Origin: Camelus dromedarius
Taxonomy: Eukaryota
Assembly: GCF_036321535.1 (NCBI RefSeq)
Contig: NC_087437.1
Coordinates: forward strand, 3,534,001-3,598,000
Direction of reading: 5' to 3'
Length of the DNA: 64,000 nucleotides
In this document: piece by piece, positions 25,191-39,360 of the stretch
Position numbering within the stretch: position 1 is the stretch's first letter
How the letters are laid out: every line of letters starts with the position of its first letter
The notes under the pieces: generated by a model
The model's database searches: none
What the model saw: the letters and a program-made list of their open reading frames with translations, nothing else
Told to the model about the DNA's origin: nothing
Translations under genes and position numbers: made by a program

Positions 25191-25814
25191 GCTCTACCCC
25201 ACAAGCTTTTCTCTTGCTAAATATTGAGTCCCACCTCCCGTAACATGCTCTCTGTGCCCAGCCTTGGTCTCTTTACCAAGGACCCCTCCTGGGAAGGAGC
25301 GAAGTGGCCAGGAAAGCGCCATCCTGCCCCACGTGCCTAAGTCAGGAGACAGGCTGGGCGAACCCCTTCCCAGTGTTTCCTAAGCCAGCACCACGGACTT
25401 GGTGCAGCTCAGAGATGGGCGCATAGTCAGAGGGCAAAGTCTAAAGAAATGTAAGTCTGCTCAAGCTGTGTTTGTCAAACCCTGCGGTTTTTGGAGCCTG
25501 GCCCAATTTGAGGCCTTGTTAGGCTACGGCTCCTTTCTCCTGTCATGGAAGAGAAATGGTCTGTGACAAATAGCTTTAATTTCCTCACACCCTGAAGCCG
25601 GCCGTGCAGCAGACGCCCCGAAGCGGCACGCCAGATCCCCCCTTGCTGGGCGGCAGTGACAGAGCGTGATCATGCAGGAACCCAGCAGTGGCTGCCTGAG
25701 CTCGGACACAGCTGTTGCAAATCCACATTGGGGAAAAAGAGAAGCAATTACACTGTCCCAGGAAAAGGATGCTCTCGGTCAGACCCGTCAGCTGGGATCC
25801 TGATAAGGCCCTTC

Positions 25815-25995
25815 CTCTAAGACTCCAGTGAGCATCAGGGTCACCTGCAGGGCTTGTTAAAACACAGATGGCTGGGCCCACCCAGAGCTGCTCACCCAGC
25901 AGGTCTGGGGTGAAGCCCGAGAGTGCATTTCTAACACGTTCCCAGGGGATGCTGGTGCTGCTTGGCTGCGGCCACAATTTGAACATCACTGCTTC
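25815..25995. mobile_element. hAT-Charlie MER5A-like element
   Basis: gcatcagggtcacctgcagggcttgttaaaacacagatggctgggccc...tgcatttctaacacgttcccagg. Similar copies near 4470-4580, 27000-27185, 50815-50960, 54240-54350. Confidence 0.75.
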
Positions 25996-28639
25996 AGGAT
26001 GTGACTAGTTCGAATAAAAGTACCATCATATACTTACCACACAGAAGCACTGAAATAAAACATATATGACAACATTTCTATGTTACAGACAAAAAAATGA
26101 AGACATAAACTTTAGAAGAGCTCAAACTGTTGTGCCAGGCATTGCTTCAACTACTGACAATCTCTGTGGAGTTACAGGGGACTGTTTCCATTTTACTGAC
26201 GGGGAAGATCAAAACCCTGAGTCAGCAGGCCAAGGTCACCGCACTTCACAGTTTGCAAAAGCACATTCGTATCCATTATTCCATTTGATCATTGCAACAA
26301 TTGTTCAAGTTAGACCAGGACAATTTTTTAAATCTTATTTTCTAGATGATGAAAGCGAGACTCAGACAGGCTAACAACCAGCCACAGGCACACAGCTGTA
26401 TGCATGGCAGGCAGACACCAGCCTAGAATGTAAATTATTCTATCTTTTTCCCACTGAATTTGTGCTCTTTTAAGGTTAGCTAGCAATTTTCATCTTTGCT
26501 GGTCAAACCATGTCATAGATAAAAATTGTGATTATCTTCTCCATCACTCTGAGAGATAGGCAAAAGGGACATACTTTTGACTGATTAAGATAGAAAACTT
26601 GAAGCTTAGTCATCCTGGTAAAGTATCTGAGGGGAGCTGGGAATACTGAATGCCGGGGCCCTCACACTCAGCCCAGCTGTCTCTAGCCTGTCTCTGATGT
26701 GCTCAAGCTGGAGGTAGCACCAGCATTACCTGGAGGCCTTGTTAAAACTGACTCCCGTGGCCCCCGAGCCCACCATTGCAGATTCAACTTTAGATTAAAC
26801 TTTTAAAAGAATCAGGAAGTGCACTGAATTTTTTTAAAAGAGCCAATAAAATAAGAACTTTGCCTAAAGGCAAAACCAAATTTCCCTTAAAGGAATTCAG
26901 TTATGTGGAAGGAATTTCTCAGCCAATGCACCCACTATCACCCTAAATGGTTCGAACCATCCATCTGCCTTGAGCAAATGCATGGAAGGAGCTGAGCAGA
27001 ACAGTTTTCAAAGGGTAGTTCCCAGAAAAGCAGTCACAGTGTCACTTGGGATCTTATTAAAAATGCAAATTCTCAGGGCTCACAGACCTACTGAATCAGA
27101 AACTGGGGTGAGGGTCCAGCAATGCACATTTAACAAGCCCTCTGGGGGTGGGGTCCTGATGTATGTTAAGTCTGAGAACCACTACCTTAGCCCAGTGTGG
27201 ACAGGAAGTTCCTGGAGGGCAGGAGCCATGCCTGTCCTGTTCACCATGGTATCCCCAAGCTGTTTGGAGCAGGCACTCAACTCCCTGTTGAATAAATGAA
27301 TGCCCACATCTCTAAGAGATCAGGACTCGCAAACTACCACAGGCACATCATGCCAAGAACCTCCTCGTCTTTATTTCTGGGAGGGGTGGGGGAAGAGGGG
27401 GAGATGAGGATCTTTTTCCCTGAGAACCCCCTTTCCCCCCAACATATGCTTTGAACTTAAATCTCAGATAGAGTCATAACTTCGAACAGAAACATTTGCC
27501 TTCCTCACACTGCTGTCTCCAGCTACATCCCACAGGCCTGCCAAGTTCAAGGACTCGGTTCAGATTACCCAGTGTGACTGTGGCCTTGTCCAGGTGCCCA
27601 GACTCTGCTCCAGTGGCAAGACCACCCTGCCGCCCTCTGCATATCTAATAAAGTGTCCGAAAGGACCCAGGTTTGGAGACCATATGACCTGTGACTTGAG
27701 AAATCCAACGGACTCACTCACACTTTTCTGCCTCTTCTCCAAGGAGTCAGCAATATCCACAAGATACTTTTTTAAATGGCTCTCGCTCCATCCACCCTAT
27801 GGGAGAAAGACTCTTCACGAAGACAGGGTACGCTTCATTGTGGCTGCGGTGGGGCGGGCAGGGATAAGGTGGGACCTCCAGCAGGCAGCTGCCCAGAAAA
27901 GCCTCTTTTATTTCCTCTGTCCTGGGTTTCTGAAGGGGGCAATGGCTTTCTTACGCTGAGCCATAAAGCACCAAAGGCCATAACAAACAAGCCACTTCAT
28001 CGTTAGGCTTTGATGTGGCCTCTCCCGAGTCCACGGTCCCCCAGTGCAAGCTGGGGGTGGCAGCACTCAGAATAACAACAGTTGTCACCACACTGCCAAG
28101 GCAGGTGTCAGAATTCCTTATTTTCCTAAAAACGGCATTTGTGCGTGTGAAAAATGTTGCCTAATTTTTTTTAAAATAAGAAACATTTAAAATAAAGACA
28201 TCTTCTCATATGTAGGGCAAACCTGTGATTAATGTGCTACAGCACTCTCCGAACAACAGGGTAAAAGACAACGCCGTGAAGTGCAGTGTCCAGGCTGAGC
28301 TGCCTCAGTTTCCCCAGGGAGCCCCACCTTGTGTAAGGCAGAGACAAACAGGTTAAAAGACAGAAGCCCAAGTTAACTGGTGACGTCCGCTGCTTCTGAG
28401 AGAGCCTGCCTCCCTCCAGCAGGGCGATCCATAGTGACTAAGAGGATCAGCTGCAGAGTCTGCCAAAGGTTCAAATCTGGCCTCTATTGCTTCTTGCCTG
28501 TGTGACCTTGGGCAGGCCACTTCACCTCTCTGGTCACAGGTTTCCAATTTGTTAGTGGGTGTAGTGAAAGCTATTGACATCCCACCCAAAGCTCCTTACC
28601 AAACACAGCCCAAAATATAACTGGCACACTCATCTCCCA

Positions 28640-28990
28640 GCTGCTGGGGGTGCTGGTCTGCAAGGTTTGCCACAACGGAATGCCACAGCCCGGGGTGCTT
28701 AAACAACAGAAATTTATTTTCTCACAGTCCTTGAGGCTAGACGTCCAAGATCAAGGTGCTGGCAGGTCTGGCCTCTCCTTGGCTTGTAAGTGGTTGGCCC
28801 TCTGTGCACTGGTGTCTCTCTGTGTCCTGATCTCCTCTTCTTATAAGGACACCCGTCGTACTGGGTTAGGGCCCCACCCTAACAGCCCCAATTTAACTTC
28901 ATCATCTCCTTAAAGACCCTATCTTCAAATATAGTCCCATTTTGAGGCACTGAGGGTTGGCACTTCAACATATAAATTTTAGGGGAACGG
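28640..28990 (-). mobile_element. MaLR MLT1A/B/C-type LTR
   Basis: cttaaacaacagaaatttattttctcacagtc...gaggctagacgtccaagatcaaggtgctggcagg...tcttataaggacacc. Confidence 0.8.
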
Positions 28991-29369
28991 GGTCGGGAGG
29001 GTAGAGCTCAGTGGTAGACCCTCCCCATGTCAGTCTCCCCCATTAACGGCTCCCCCACTGCCGATAAAACTGAGTATGGCACCGTCAGCTTGGCACCCCA
29101 GGCCTTTGGTCATCTGGCTACAACCCACTTCCCCAGACCTGCCCTCTCCTGCAGATGAGCTGATGGCTCTCAGTCACAGGTGTGCACCGACAGGGGCTCT
29201 GACTGCGTGCCTGGGCTGGGTCCAGGCAGCGTTACTTTTCTGATGCTTCCCAGATGGTTCCCACGTGCACCTTTACATCAGGACCAGGGCTTCTGCAACC
29301 TGGCTCTACACTTCCCCCTGAGCCTGCTCTTGCTGTCCAACTTCTGTGCTTTAGAGAGTCTTCCTCCTA

Positions 29370-29555
29370 AAACTGCCTTGCCCGGTATGGTAGCCATTAC
29401 ATACGTGCGGCTATTAAAATTAAAATTAATTAAAATGACCAGTTCTGTCACTCAGTCACATTGGCCATATCTCAAGTGCTTGAAAGCCTCCTGTGACAGG
29501 ATTATGGAACATTTCCATCCTTGCAGAAAGCCCCCCAGGCAGCACTGTTCTAGAG
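29370..29555. mobile_element. hAT-Charlie MER3-like element
   Basis: tatggtagccattacatacgtgcggctattaaaattaaaattaattaaaa...gaacatttccatccttgcagaaag; second copy near 50525-50800. Confidence 0.7.
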
Positions 29556-30420
29556 GGCCCTCCCTCTGTATACCCAGCCATGCTGGGCTGCAGCCTCCAG
29601 TTTGAATTTGGCCAGATCTCTTTGAAGCTCTGGGATGTGGGTCCCTTCACCACTCTGCCCCTCCCCTGGCCACACACCCCCACCCTGTGAAAAGGAAGGA
29701 GGAACCACCTGCCCCAGAGGCCCTCCACTCACAGTCCTGGACTCGGCAGGGAGGGGCAGTGACTCCATCCCACTGTAACCTTGACCTCATCTGCACGACC
29801 CCCAGAGCCACATTAAAGGACCTATCAAACCAAACCGTCTCATCTGGAAGATGCCTCTTTCCACCTTATTATACACAGTGTCCCCAAGTGGAGCTTAAAT
29901 AGCCCCCACCATTCGCCCAGAGAAGGGCAGCTCGTGGACCCCCAGACCCCCATGACAGGCATTTCTTTCCCCACAGAGCAGGGATTACATTTGCCTTATT
30001 AACCGTATCACTTGCTGTAAGTGGAACTAAACCTCAAACACAAACAGCACGTTTATATTCTTGGGGCAGGAGTGCAGCAATTACTTGATTCTATATCTTT
30101 TTAATTCTTTCTTCTCCCACACGATAAGCTATAGGTTAGTACCAATACTGTGACCTTTTCGAAAATAAATTCTCAAAACTAAGACTAAAATTAGCATGTT
30201 GATTAGCTGTGCCTCCAGCATCACACATGAGGCTGTGAAAAGAAGTAATTTTCTTAGGCAAAATGCATATTCATGACCCTTTCTGTATGGAGGACTAAAT
30301 TAAGTACAGCACAGTGCCTTTATATTTGTGTATGTATATAGGACAGCAGGTTCTGCTGTACATTTTTTTTCGAGTGACATCACTCAATTTGATCAAGTGC
30401 ACCAAAAGGGCTCCCCGCTT

Positions 30421-30468
30421 CACACACGCGCACACACACGCGCACACACACACACACACACACACACA
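30421..30468 (+). repeat. (CA)n microsatellite with CG interruptions
   Basis: Direct read. Confidence 0.95.
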
Positions 30469-31394
30469 AAAGAAATAAGCTCTATGATCCACTTGGAAGT
30501 AGGTCTCCCTCAAGCTCCGAAGTCTATGTTTTTATTCTGGGTGTCAAGCTGTTTCTCCCTTCGGCAAAACTATAACATTTCTCAGAAACTTTATTTTCTG
30601 GTTTGAAGTGCAAAAGCCAAAATAACTAGGTAAAGTTTGTCTTTTTCCCACCAGATTCAGAGAAATGAATAGAGGCCAGGAAATCCACTGTCTCCAAGGG
30701 GAAAGATAGGGAGACTGAACAGAGGCCCAGGAAAGGCTGGTTCCTATGGCTGGATGCCGTTTGTGGCAGAAAGCATTGAGTTCTGTAACCTTAGGCAACG
30801 GGCTTAAGTTCCCTGGGTCTTAGGTGTCTCATCTGTAAAATGCAGATACTAATAACTCAAAGCAGGAGCCTGAACTAGCTGATTTCAGGTTGTTTTCCTG
30901 CTCTAAGGGTTACAAATGTATGACATGGAGTAACAGACTAGACCAGTGTGTACAGGAATTGTGCAGGGCACCTGATGACGCGTGGACTCCGATTGGTGGG
31001 TCTGGAGTGACTCACGCAGGAACCTGATGAAGCCTGGACTCTAATTGGTGGGTCTGTGTGCTGAGGGCCACCAAGTGTTTGTCCAGAAGATTATAGCTAA
31101 GACTTTACCAAGCTGAAGATTTTAAGATGCTGTCAAAACGAAGCCTCTGCCTTTTCTCCAATTTTCCCTTGGCTGTATTTCCTCCTTAACAGAGGCTGGG
31201 GCCCTTCTGAACGCATCTAGCAATTTGCTTGTTGACAGAGAGGACACCATGTGAGTCAAACATGATTTCCTCTCCAATGAAATCCTGGAGTTGTAATTTC
31301 TCTTTTCTACCTCCTTTCTCTTGGAAAATATTTGTTTCCCATTGGCAGCACCCTCTGTTAACTGTCCAGCTGGAGGCAGTCAGGAAACTGCCAA

Positions 31395-31991
31395 TCCTGG
31401 GCTATATCTGGAGAAAACTCTAATTCAAAAAGATACATATACCCCAATGTTCACAGCAGTACTATTTACAACAGCCAAGACATGGAAGCAGCCTAAATGT
31501 CCATCGACAGATGACTGGATAAAGAAGCTGTGGTATATTTATACAATGGGATACTACTCAGCTAAAGAAAAAAATAAAATAATGCCATTTGCAGCAAGAT
31601 AGATGGACCTGGATGGTATTATACTCTGTGAAATAAGTCAGACAGAGAAAGACAAATATTATACAATCATTTAAGTATGGAATCTAAAAAAGATATAAAC
31701 TTATTTACAAAACAGAAAGAGACTCACAGACATAAAAAACAAACTTATGGTTACCAACGAGGAAATGAGGGAGGGATAAATAGGAGTTTGGGATTAATGG
31801 ATACACACTACTATATATAAAATAAACAACAAAGTCCTTCTATACAGCACAGGGAACTATCCTCAATATCTTATAATAACCTGCAATGAAAACGAACCTG
31901 AAAAAGAATATACATAACTGAATCACTATGCTGTACACCAGAAACTAACACAACATTGTCAATCAACTCTATTTCAATTGAAAAAAAAAAA
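31395..31991 (+). mobile_element. 5'-truncated L1 3' end, antisense to NEK11
   Basis: ORF2 tail [25 protein letters not shown], 3' UTR and A-tail at 31981-31991. Confidence 0.9.
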
Positions 31992-32825
31992 GTCATCTGG
32001 GGCGATAGTCATAGGCAGGCTTAATGGAGACGGGAATATCTAACCCTAAGCTCCCACGTGGCTCCTGGCAGGAGACCCCATCCCTGCACACGGACCTCTC
32101 CCCAGGGCAGCCTGGGTGTCCCCACAACATGGCAGCTGGCTTCCCCCAGAGGGCACAGCCCAAAGAGCAAGGCAGAGCTGCACTATCTTCTATCTTTTGC
32201 TACCTGGCTGTGGATGACACACTCTCCAATTTGCACACCATTGTCTAGGCAACACAGGTTGGTCCTATTCCATGAGGGAGGGGACCATACGGGGGCATGA
32301 TAACCAGGAAGCAAGAATCTTGTCTTGGAGGCTGGCCATGAAAAATTACCTAGAAGTTTAGCCTTTCTTTCGTTTTTTGAGGAAAATATTCATTCTTATC
32401 TTCATGTATAAATAGCTGGGTTGTCCTATTGAGGTTACAGACTTAATCAGTGACAGGCTTTACACCGCAACATTCTCCTAATATCCAAGTTGGTGATACC
32501 TGTACCTTTAAAAGACTAAATAGAAAAACACACATGTAACAAGATTTGGCTCATCATTAGGACAAATATGGACTTAAATAGTCAGATCCTACTGAAATTT
32601 CAAACTGTCCTCCAAATGGTTGAAATCATATCTAGGGGAGAAAGTATGTAATTATTTTCAGCATCACAGCATGTTGCTAGAATTCTAAGGAATTCACATA
32701 ACTTATGGGGAGAAAAATACCACAAAACTAACATGCGCTGTAACTTACACGAAAGTGAGCAAGAACCGACTAAACAAAGAAATGTCCAGAATGAGGGTCT
32801 CTGATCAGGGACATTGAATGAAATC

Positions 32826-33317
32826 TGTCTTAGTCAGACTTTTCCAGGGAAATAGAACCAATAGGATGTGTGTGTGTGTGCACACACACGCGTATCAGTA
32901 ACTACACACACACACGCAGACACATACACAGAGAGAAAGAGACAGAGACAGAGAGAGACAGAGAGGCAGATTCATTTTAAGTAATTGGCTCTCACAGTTA
33001 TGGCATGGCAAATCCAAAACCTGCAGGACAGGCTCTCAGGCTGGAGATGTAGGAGAGAGTTAATACTGCAGTCTTGAGTGTAAGGCTGTCTAGAGACGGT
33101 TCCATCTTCCTCAGGAGACTTCAGTCTGCTCTCCTAAGGCCTTCAGCTGACTGCATGACACTCACCCGCATTGTGGAGGGTAATCTGCTTTCCTCAAAGC
33201 CCACTGATTTGATGTTAATCACATCTAAAAAACACCTCAGCCAATATCTAGACTGGTGTCGGACCAAACACCTGGGCACACAGCCTTGCCAAGTTGACAC
33301 ATAAAATTAACCATCAC
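32826..33317 (-). mobile_element. ERVL MLT2-type solo LTR with internal (TG)/(CA)/(GA) microsatellite
   Basis: tgtcttagtcag...agaaccaatagga and aagttgacacataaaattaaccatcaca termini. Confidence 0.85.
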
Positions 33318-34779
33318 AGGATCTAACAGGAGGGCTCTTTTCCAACCTGGATTCTGACAGAGGGTGACTGAAGTTGACAAAGAGAACTCAGATCTTCCCC
33401 TCAGGTTACAGAAGTCCCAAACAGTAGAACTCCAGGCCACTTCCAGTACTGAGGGACACCTCAGCACTTAAAGGTTGACTTGCGGACCAGTTACTTAGAG
33501 AGAAACCAGAATCTCCTGCCACCTTGGTCTCTCAGTGTTCATGGTGAGCAGTCTACAGCCCTCTGGTGGACTTCTCTCTGCTGTCATTTGCAGAAAATCC
33601 TGTCATCGTCACTTCGTTTGGAGTTTTCAAAGCTCTCTAGTGAGCCTGACTGACTGGGTTAGAACACCGATGCCCACCATGAACGGCCCCAGGGGAACGG
33701 GCCTCCCTGCAGAGTGAGGCCTGTGCAAGGCGCCCTCCCGGGGGTGTGGTCCTCTCTGCTGTACCAGGATCGCACAGAAAGTAGGTGCCCACACAAAAGG
33801 CACTTTTAAGGGATTCCTTAAAACCAGTTTCCTTATCAGTTACTGGTGCAGTGAGTCGAATGGTCATCGTGTGACAAACACAGAAGACCAATAAAAATCA
33901 CAGGAATGAATTTTTAGAAAAGCTTAATTCAGCAAAAACTGATGAGAAAAACTCCAGCAGATCTCTTACAATAGTCAGGAATTACTTCCAACTTTTTAAA
34001 AAACCAGGTGGTTTCCTGAGAAACAGACTCTGAGACGAGGATTTCTGACAAGGTTATTTGTTAGGAAGGGCTCCCAGGAGAGCCTGGCAGGGTGGGAGGT
34101 GGGTCACGGAGGGGCAGGAGCCCTGTGAGGGGGCAGCAGTGAGCAGAGTCCCTTAAGGGGTAACCTTGGCTCAACCCCCCGGAGCTAGAGACAACTGGCA
34201 GAGACACTGGAGTGTGCACACTCTTGCACACAGTAGTCGTAAAAAGGCTGCCTCCAGGTGTGTATCCCTAGGCACTTCCAGCTCTCCTCAGGTATAGGCT
34301 CGGGGAGCTGCCAGAAAGCTCTGCCCCATCCAGGGCTTTGGGGAAGACAAACAGACTGGAGAAATTAAAACCTCAAGCATAAATCGTGTTTAAGAGTGAA
34401 ATTTATACTCATGTGTTGTAGGATTTCCTGAGCCATTAACATGACGTTGGTGTGCCACAATTATACAAGATGCCGGCCAGAAAAAATAGAAACGACTCTG
34501 GAGGGACACTTCTACAACCTGACATTCAGCGTTTGCTCTGGGAAAAATCCCCGCTGAAGATAAGCTCTCAATCCAAAATTACTTGCACACTCTAAACAAT
34601 GTTACAACAAGCATATGACTTTGCAAACCCGTAGGGGTATTTCTGGAGGATAAACAACTACAAGTAAAATTCCGGGTCAAGGATATGAGCATTCCAATCA
34701 GGGAGACCACTTCTCCCAGATCCGTGCCTGGTTTGCTCTCTCATTTCATTCAAGTCCCTACTAAGATGTTACTTCCTGA

Positions 34780-36349
34780 ACCAAACCATAAACATGCAAT
34801 ATAGCGAATAAATATAAAGCAAAGACTTGTGAACTACTATCTAGGTCATGAAATTTAGAATTAACCAGTACCCCAGAAATACCACCCACATTCATATATT
34901 CCATATCCCTTCCTGGTTAAAACACTGCTCTTCACCCTAGAAATAACCTTCTTTTTTAAAAAAGAATGTTTATGGTAATAACTGCCTTGCTTTCTTTACA
35001 GTTTCTAAACTTTATGTAATTCCTAAATGATACAGTTTGATTTATCTGGTTTTGATGGTTATGTAAAAATAATTATACTTCAGGGATTCTTTGGGGTTTT
35101 GTTCCTTTTAGTTATATTATATTTACAAGATTTATCTGTATTGTTACAAACAGCTGAATCTGTTTATTTTCATTGCCTTATAGCATCCCATCGTATAAAT
35201 ATACAACAATTTGTTATACTATTATTAAACATTCACACTTTCTAGTTTGGGGCTGTTTGTTACAGCATTCTTGTGTATGTCTCCTGTTGTACACACGCAT
35301 GTATGTTTAGAAGGAACACACCCAGGAATGAAACTGCTGAGCCACAGGCTGTGCATATTCTCATTTTTATTAGATGATGCAAGAGCTAGTTTTCAAAGAC
35401 GAAGCACCAATCTACACTCCCAATCATAGAAATGTAACTTGTCCTTGCAGTTTCATATCCCTGACAACACTTTGTATTGTCAAACTTTAAAATTTTTGTC
35501 CATCTGAGTGGTATGTAGTGGTATCCCAGAGGATTTAATTTTCATTTCCTGAGTTAATCCTGTAATGTCTCTGATCTTTCTTTCCATTCAGTAATTTCTG
35601 CTTCAACTGTGTCTGACCTGCTATTAAATCCATTCAATGAGTTCTTAATCTCAATGTATAGTATTTTTCACTTCTATAAATTCTATTTGGTTCTTTTTTC
35701 CAATAGGCTATATGGAAATACAGTATATATTATAATTTCTTATTTACTGTAAATATATTCAAGCTTTTAGTTGTTGCTTATTTATTTAAACATAGGAAGA
35801 ATCATTATTTTATAGTCTATGTCAGATAACTCCAGTATGTCAAGTCTCTGGGAGTACATGTATGTCTAGTCTAGTGAACACCTGTTGGTATTACCCAGCC
35901 TGCATTATCAGAAGTAGAACTCCATTGTGTTTTATAACTATATCTCATTTCTATTAAAAAAATTTATTTTCTAACTTCTAGAGTTCTATTTACATTCTAT
36001 GATGTACATTTTTTAAACATCTAGATGTATCCTCAACATCTAGAACAGTACTTCACACACAATTTTCTAAATTGTTGAATAAAAATATTAATTCTTTTGA
36101 AGATGTTATAAAGTATTTCTTCAAAACTATCATGACATGTTATGAACAATGTATCAAAAAATCCTTTTCTCCCCCCACACCTTTGTTAACATTGCATATT
36201 CTCAATCTTGTAAATCTTTGCCTGTTTTATGAAGTGACATTATAGTTTTAATTTTTATTTATTTAATAATTATTTAAGTGGAATCCTTCTTATTAGCCAT
36301 TTGTGGCAGGTCTTCATGAAATTGTTTGGTAATTTTGCTTGCTCATTTT
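34780..36349 (-). mobile_element. Ancient L1M-type fragments; host sequence resumes at 42219-42750
   Basis: Degenerate AT-rich L1 3' region (caccaatctacactcccaatca..., gtatgtagtggtatc). Confidence 0.65.
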
Positions 36350-37615
36350 CTTTTTTTAAATTGAACTATAATTGATTTACAATATTGTGTTAGTTTTAAA
36401 CATACAGCAAAATGATTCAATTATATATATAATTTTGAGATTACTTTCCATTACAGGTTATTACAAGATATTGAATATTGTTCCCTGTGTTATAAAGTAA
36501 ATCCTTGTTGCTTATCTATTTTAGGTAGAGTAGTTTGTGTCTGTTAATCCATACTCCTAATTCATCCCTCACCCCCATTTTCTCCTTTGGTAATCATAAG
36601 TTTGTTTTCTATGTCTGAGTCTCTTTCTGTTTTATATATAGATTCATTTGTATTATTTTTTAGATTCCACATATAAGTGATATCTTATAACATTTGTCTT
36701 TTGCTGTCTGACTTACTTCACTTTGAACAATATTCTCTAGGTCCATCCATGTTGCTGCAATATTTTACTGTTTTTTATTTCTGAGTAGTATTCCATTGTA
36801 TATATACACTACATCTTCCTTTTTAAATTTAATTTTTTTATTGAAGTATAGTCAGGTTTAATGTGTCAATTTCTGGTGTACAGCATAATGTCCCAGTCAT
36901 ACATATACATACATATATTCATTTTCATGTTTTTTTTTCATTAAAGGTTGTTACAATATATTGAATATAGTTCCCTGTGCTATACAGAAGAAATCTGTTT
37001 TTTACCTATTTTTATATACAGTAGTTAATATTTGCAAATCTTGAACTTCTAAATTTATCCCTCCCCACCTCCTTTCCCCTGGTAACCATGAGATTGTTTA
37101 CTATGTCTGCAAGTCTGTTTCTTTTTTGCAGATAAGTTCATTAGTGTCTTTTGTTTTCTTTTTTTGGATTCCACAGATCAGTGATATCATATGGTATCTT
37201 TCTTTCTCTTTCTGGCTTACTTCACTTAGAATGACAATCTCCACTCCATCCATGTTGCTGCAAATGGCATTATTTGATTCTTTTTCATGGGTGAGTAGTA
37301 TCCATTGTATAAATATAGCACAACTTCTTTGTGAAGTCATCTGTTAATGGAATTTAGGTTATTTCCATGTCTTAGCTATTGTAAATAGTGCTTCTATGAA
37401 CACTGGGGCGCATGTATCTTCTAAAATTAGAGTTTTTGTCTTTTCTGGATATATGCCTAATAGCAGGATTGCTGGATCAAATGGTATCCCCATTTTTACT
37501 TTTTAAAGGAACCTCTGCACTGTTTTCCACAGTAGCACCAATTTACATTCTCACCAACAATGTGGGAAGGTTCCTTTTTCTCCACACCCTCTCTGGCATT
37601 TATTATTTGTAGACT

Positions 37616-38773
37616 TTTTAAAAACATTTTTTATTGATTTATAATAATTTTACAATGTTATGTCAAATTCCAGTGTAGAACACAATTTTTCGGTTATACA
37701 TGAACATATATATATTCGTTGTCACATTTTTTTCTCTGTGAGCTACCATGAGATCTTGTATATATTTCCCTATGCTATACAGCATAATCTTGTTTATGTA
37801 TTCTACATTTTGAAATCCCAGTCTATCCTTTCCCACTCCCTGCCCCCTTGGCAAGCACAAGTTTGTATTCTATGTCTATGAGTCTATTTCTGTTTTGGAT
37901 TTATGTTTTGTTTGTTTGCTTTTTTGTTTTTAATTTTAGATGCCACATATGAGCGATCTCATATGGTATTTTTCTTTCCCTTTCTGGCTTACTTCACTTA
38001 GAATGACATTTTCCAGGAGCATCTAAGTTGCTACAAATGGCGTTATGTTGTCGGGTTTTATGGCTGAATAGTATTCCATTGTACAAACATACCACATCTT
38101 CTTTCTCAGTCATCTGTTGATGGACATTTAGGCTGTTTCCATGCCTTGGCTATTATAAATAATGCTGCTATGAACATCTAGAACAGTCTACTCAAGCAAT
38201 AGAAATAAAAGCAAGAATAAACAAATGGGACCTAATGAAACTTACAAGCTTCTGCACAGCAAAGGAAACCATAAGTAAAACGAAATGACAACCTAAGGAA
38301 TGGGAGAAAATTTTTGCAAATGAAACCAACAAAGGCTTGATCTCTAGAATATATAAGCAGCTCATACGACTTAATAAGAAACAAACAAACAACCCAATCC
38401 AAAAATGGGCAGAAGAACTAAACAAGCAATTCTCCAAGGAAGACATACAAATGATCAATAGGCACATCAAAAAATGCTCCATATCACTGATTATCAGAGA
38501 AATGCAAATCAAAACTACAATGAGGTATCACCTCACACCAGTCAGAATGGACATCATTCAAAAATCCACAAATGACAAATGCTGGAGAGGCTGTGGAGAA
38601 AAGGGGAACCCTCCTACACTGCTGGTGGGAATGTAGTTTGGTGCAGCCACTGTGGAAAACAGTATGGAGATTCCTCCAAAGACTAGGAATAGACTTACCA
38701 TATGACCCAGGAATCCCACTCCTGGGCATGTATCCAGAAGGAACCCTACTCCAAAATGACACCTGCACCCCAA
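37616..38773 (-). mobile_element. Young L1 with 5' inversion (twin priming), nested in the long L1
   Basis: Minus-strand 3' part to 38177, plus-strand ORF2 segment 38178-38773; TSD tattatttgtagact at 37601-37615 and 38774-38788. Confidence 0.9.
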
Positions 38774-39073
38774 TATTATTTGTAGACTCTAATGATAGCC
38801 ATTCTGACTGGCCTGAGGTGATACCTCATTATGGTTTTGATTTGCATTTCTCTAATAATTAGCAATTTTGAGCATTTTTCATGTGCCTATTGGCCATCTA
38901 TATGTCTTCTTTGGAAAAATGTCTATTTAGGTCTTCTGCCCATGTTTTGGATTGGGTTGTCTTGTTTTTGTTTTTGTTTTTTAATATTGAGTTGTACGAG
39001 CTGTTTGTATATTTTGGAAATTAACTCCTTATTGATTGCATTGCTTGCAAATATGTTCTCCTATTCAGTAAGC

Positions 39074-39289
<216 letters not shown>

Positions 39290-39360
39290 AGTGGAAGTTC
39301 TGGGGATTGAATCCAGGACCTCATACATGCTAAGCACACTGAGCTATACCCACCCTCTCC
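39290..39360 (-). mobile_element. tRNA-Ala-derived SINE (vic-1-like)
   Basis: Reverse complement ggagagggtgggtatagctcagtgtgcttagcatgtatgaggtcctggattcaatccccag. Confidence 0.8.

Noticed and set aside
25640..25660. CTCF-like motif in a small CpG cluster
   Set aside because: Imperfect match; cannot be scored without a PWM scan or ChIP data
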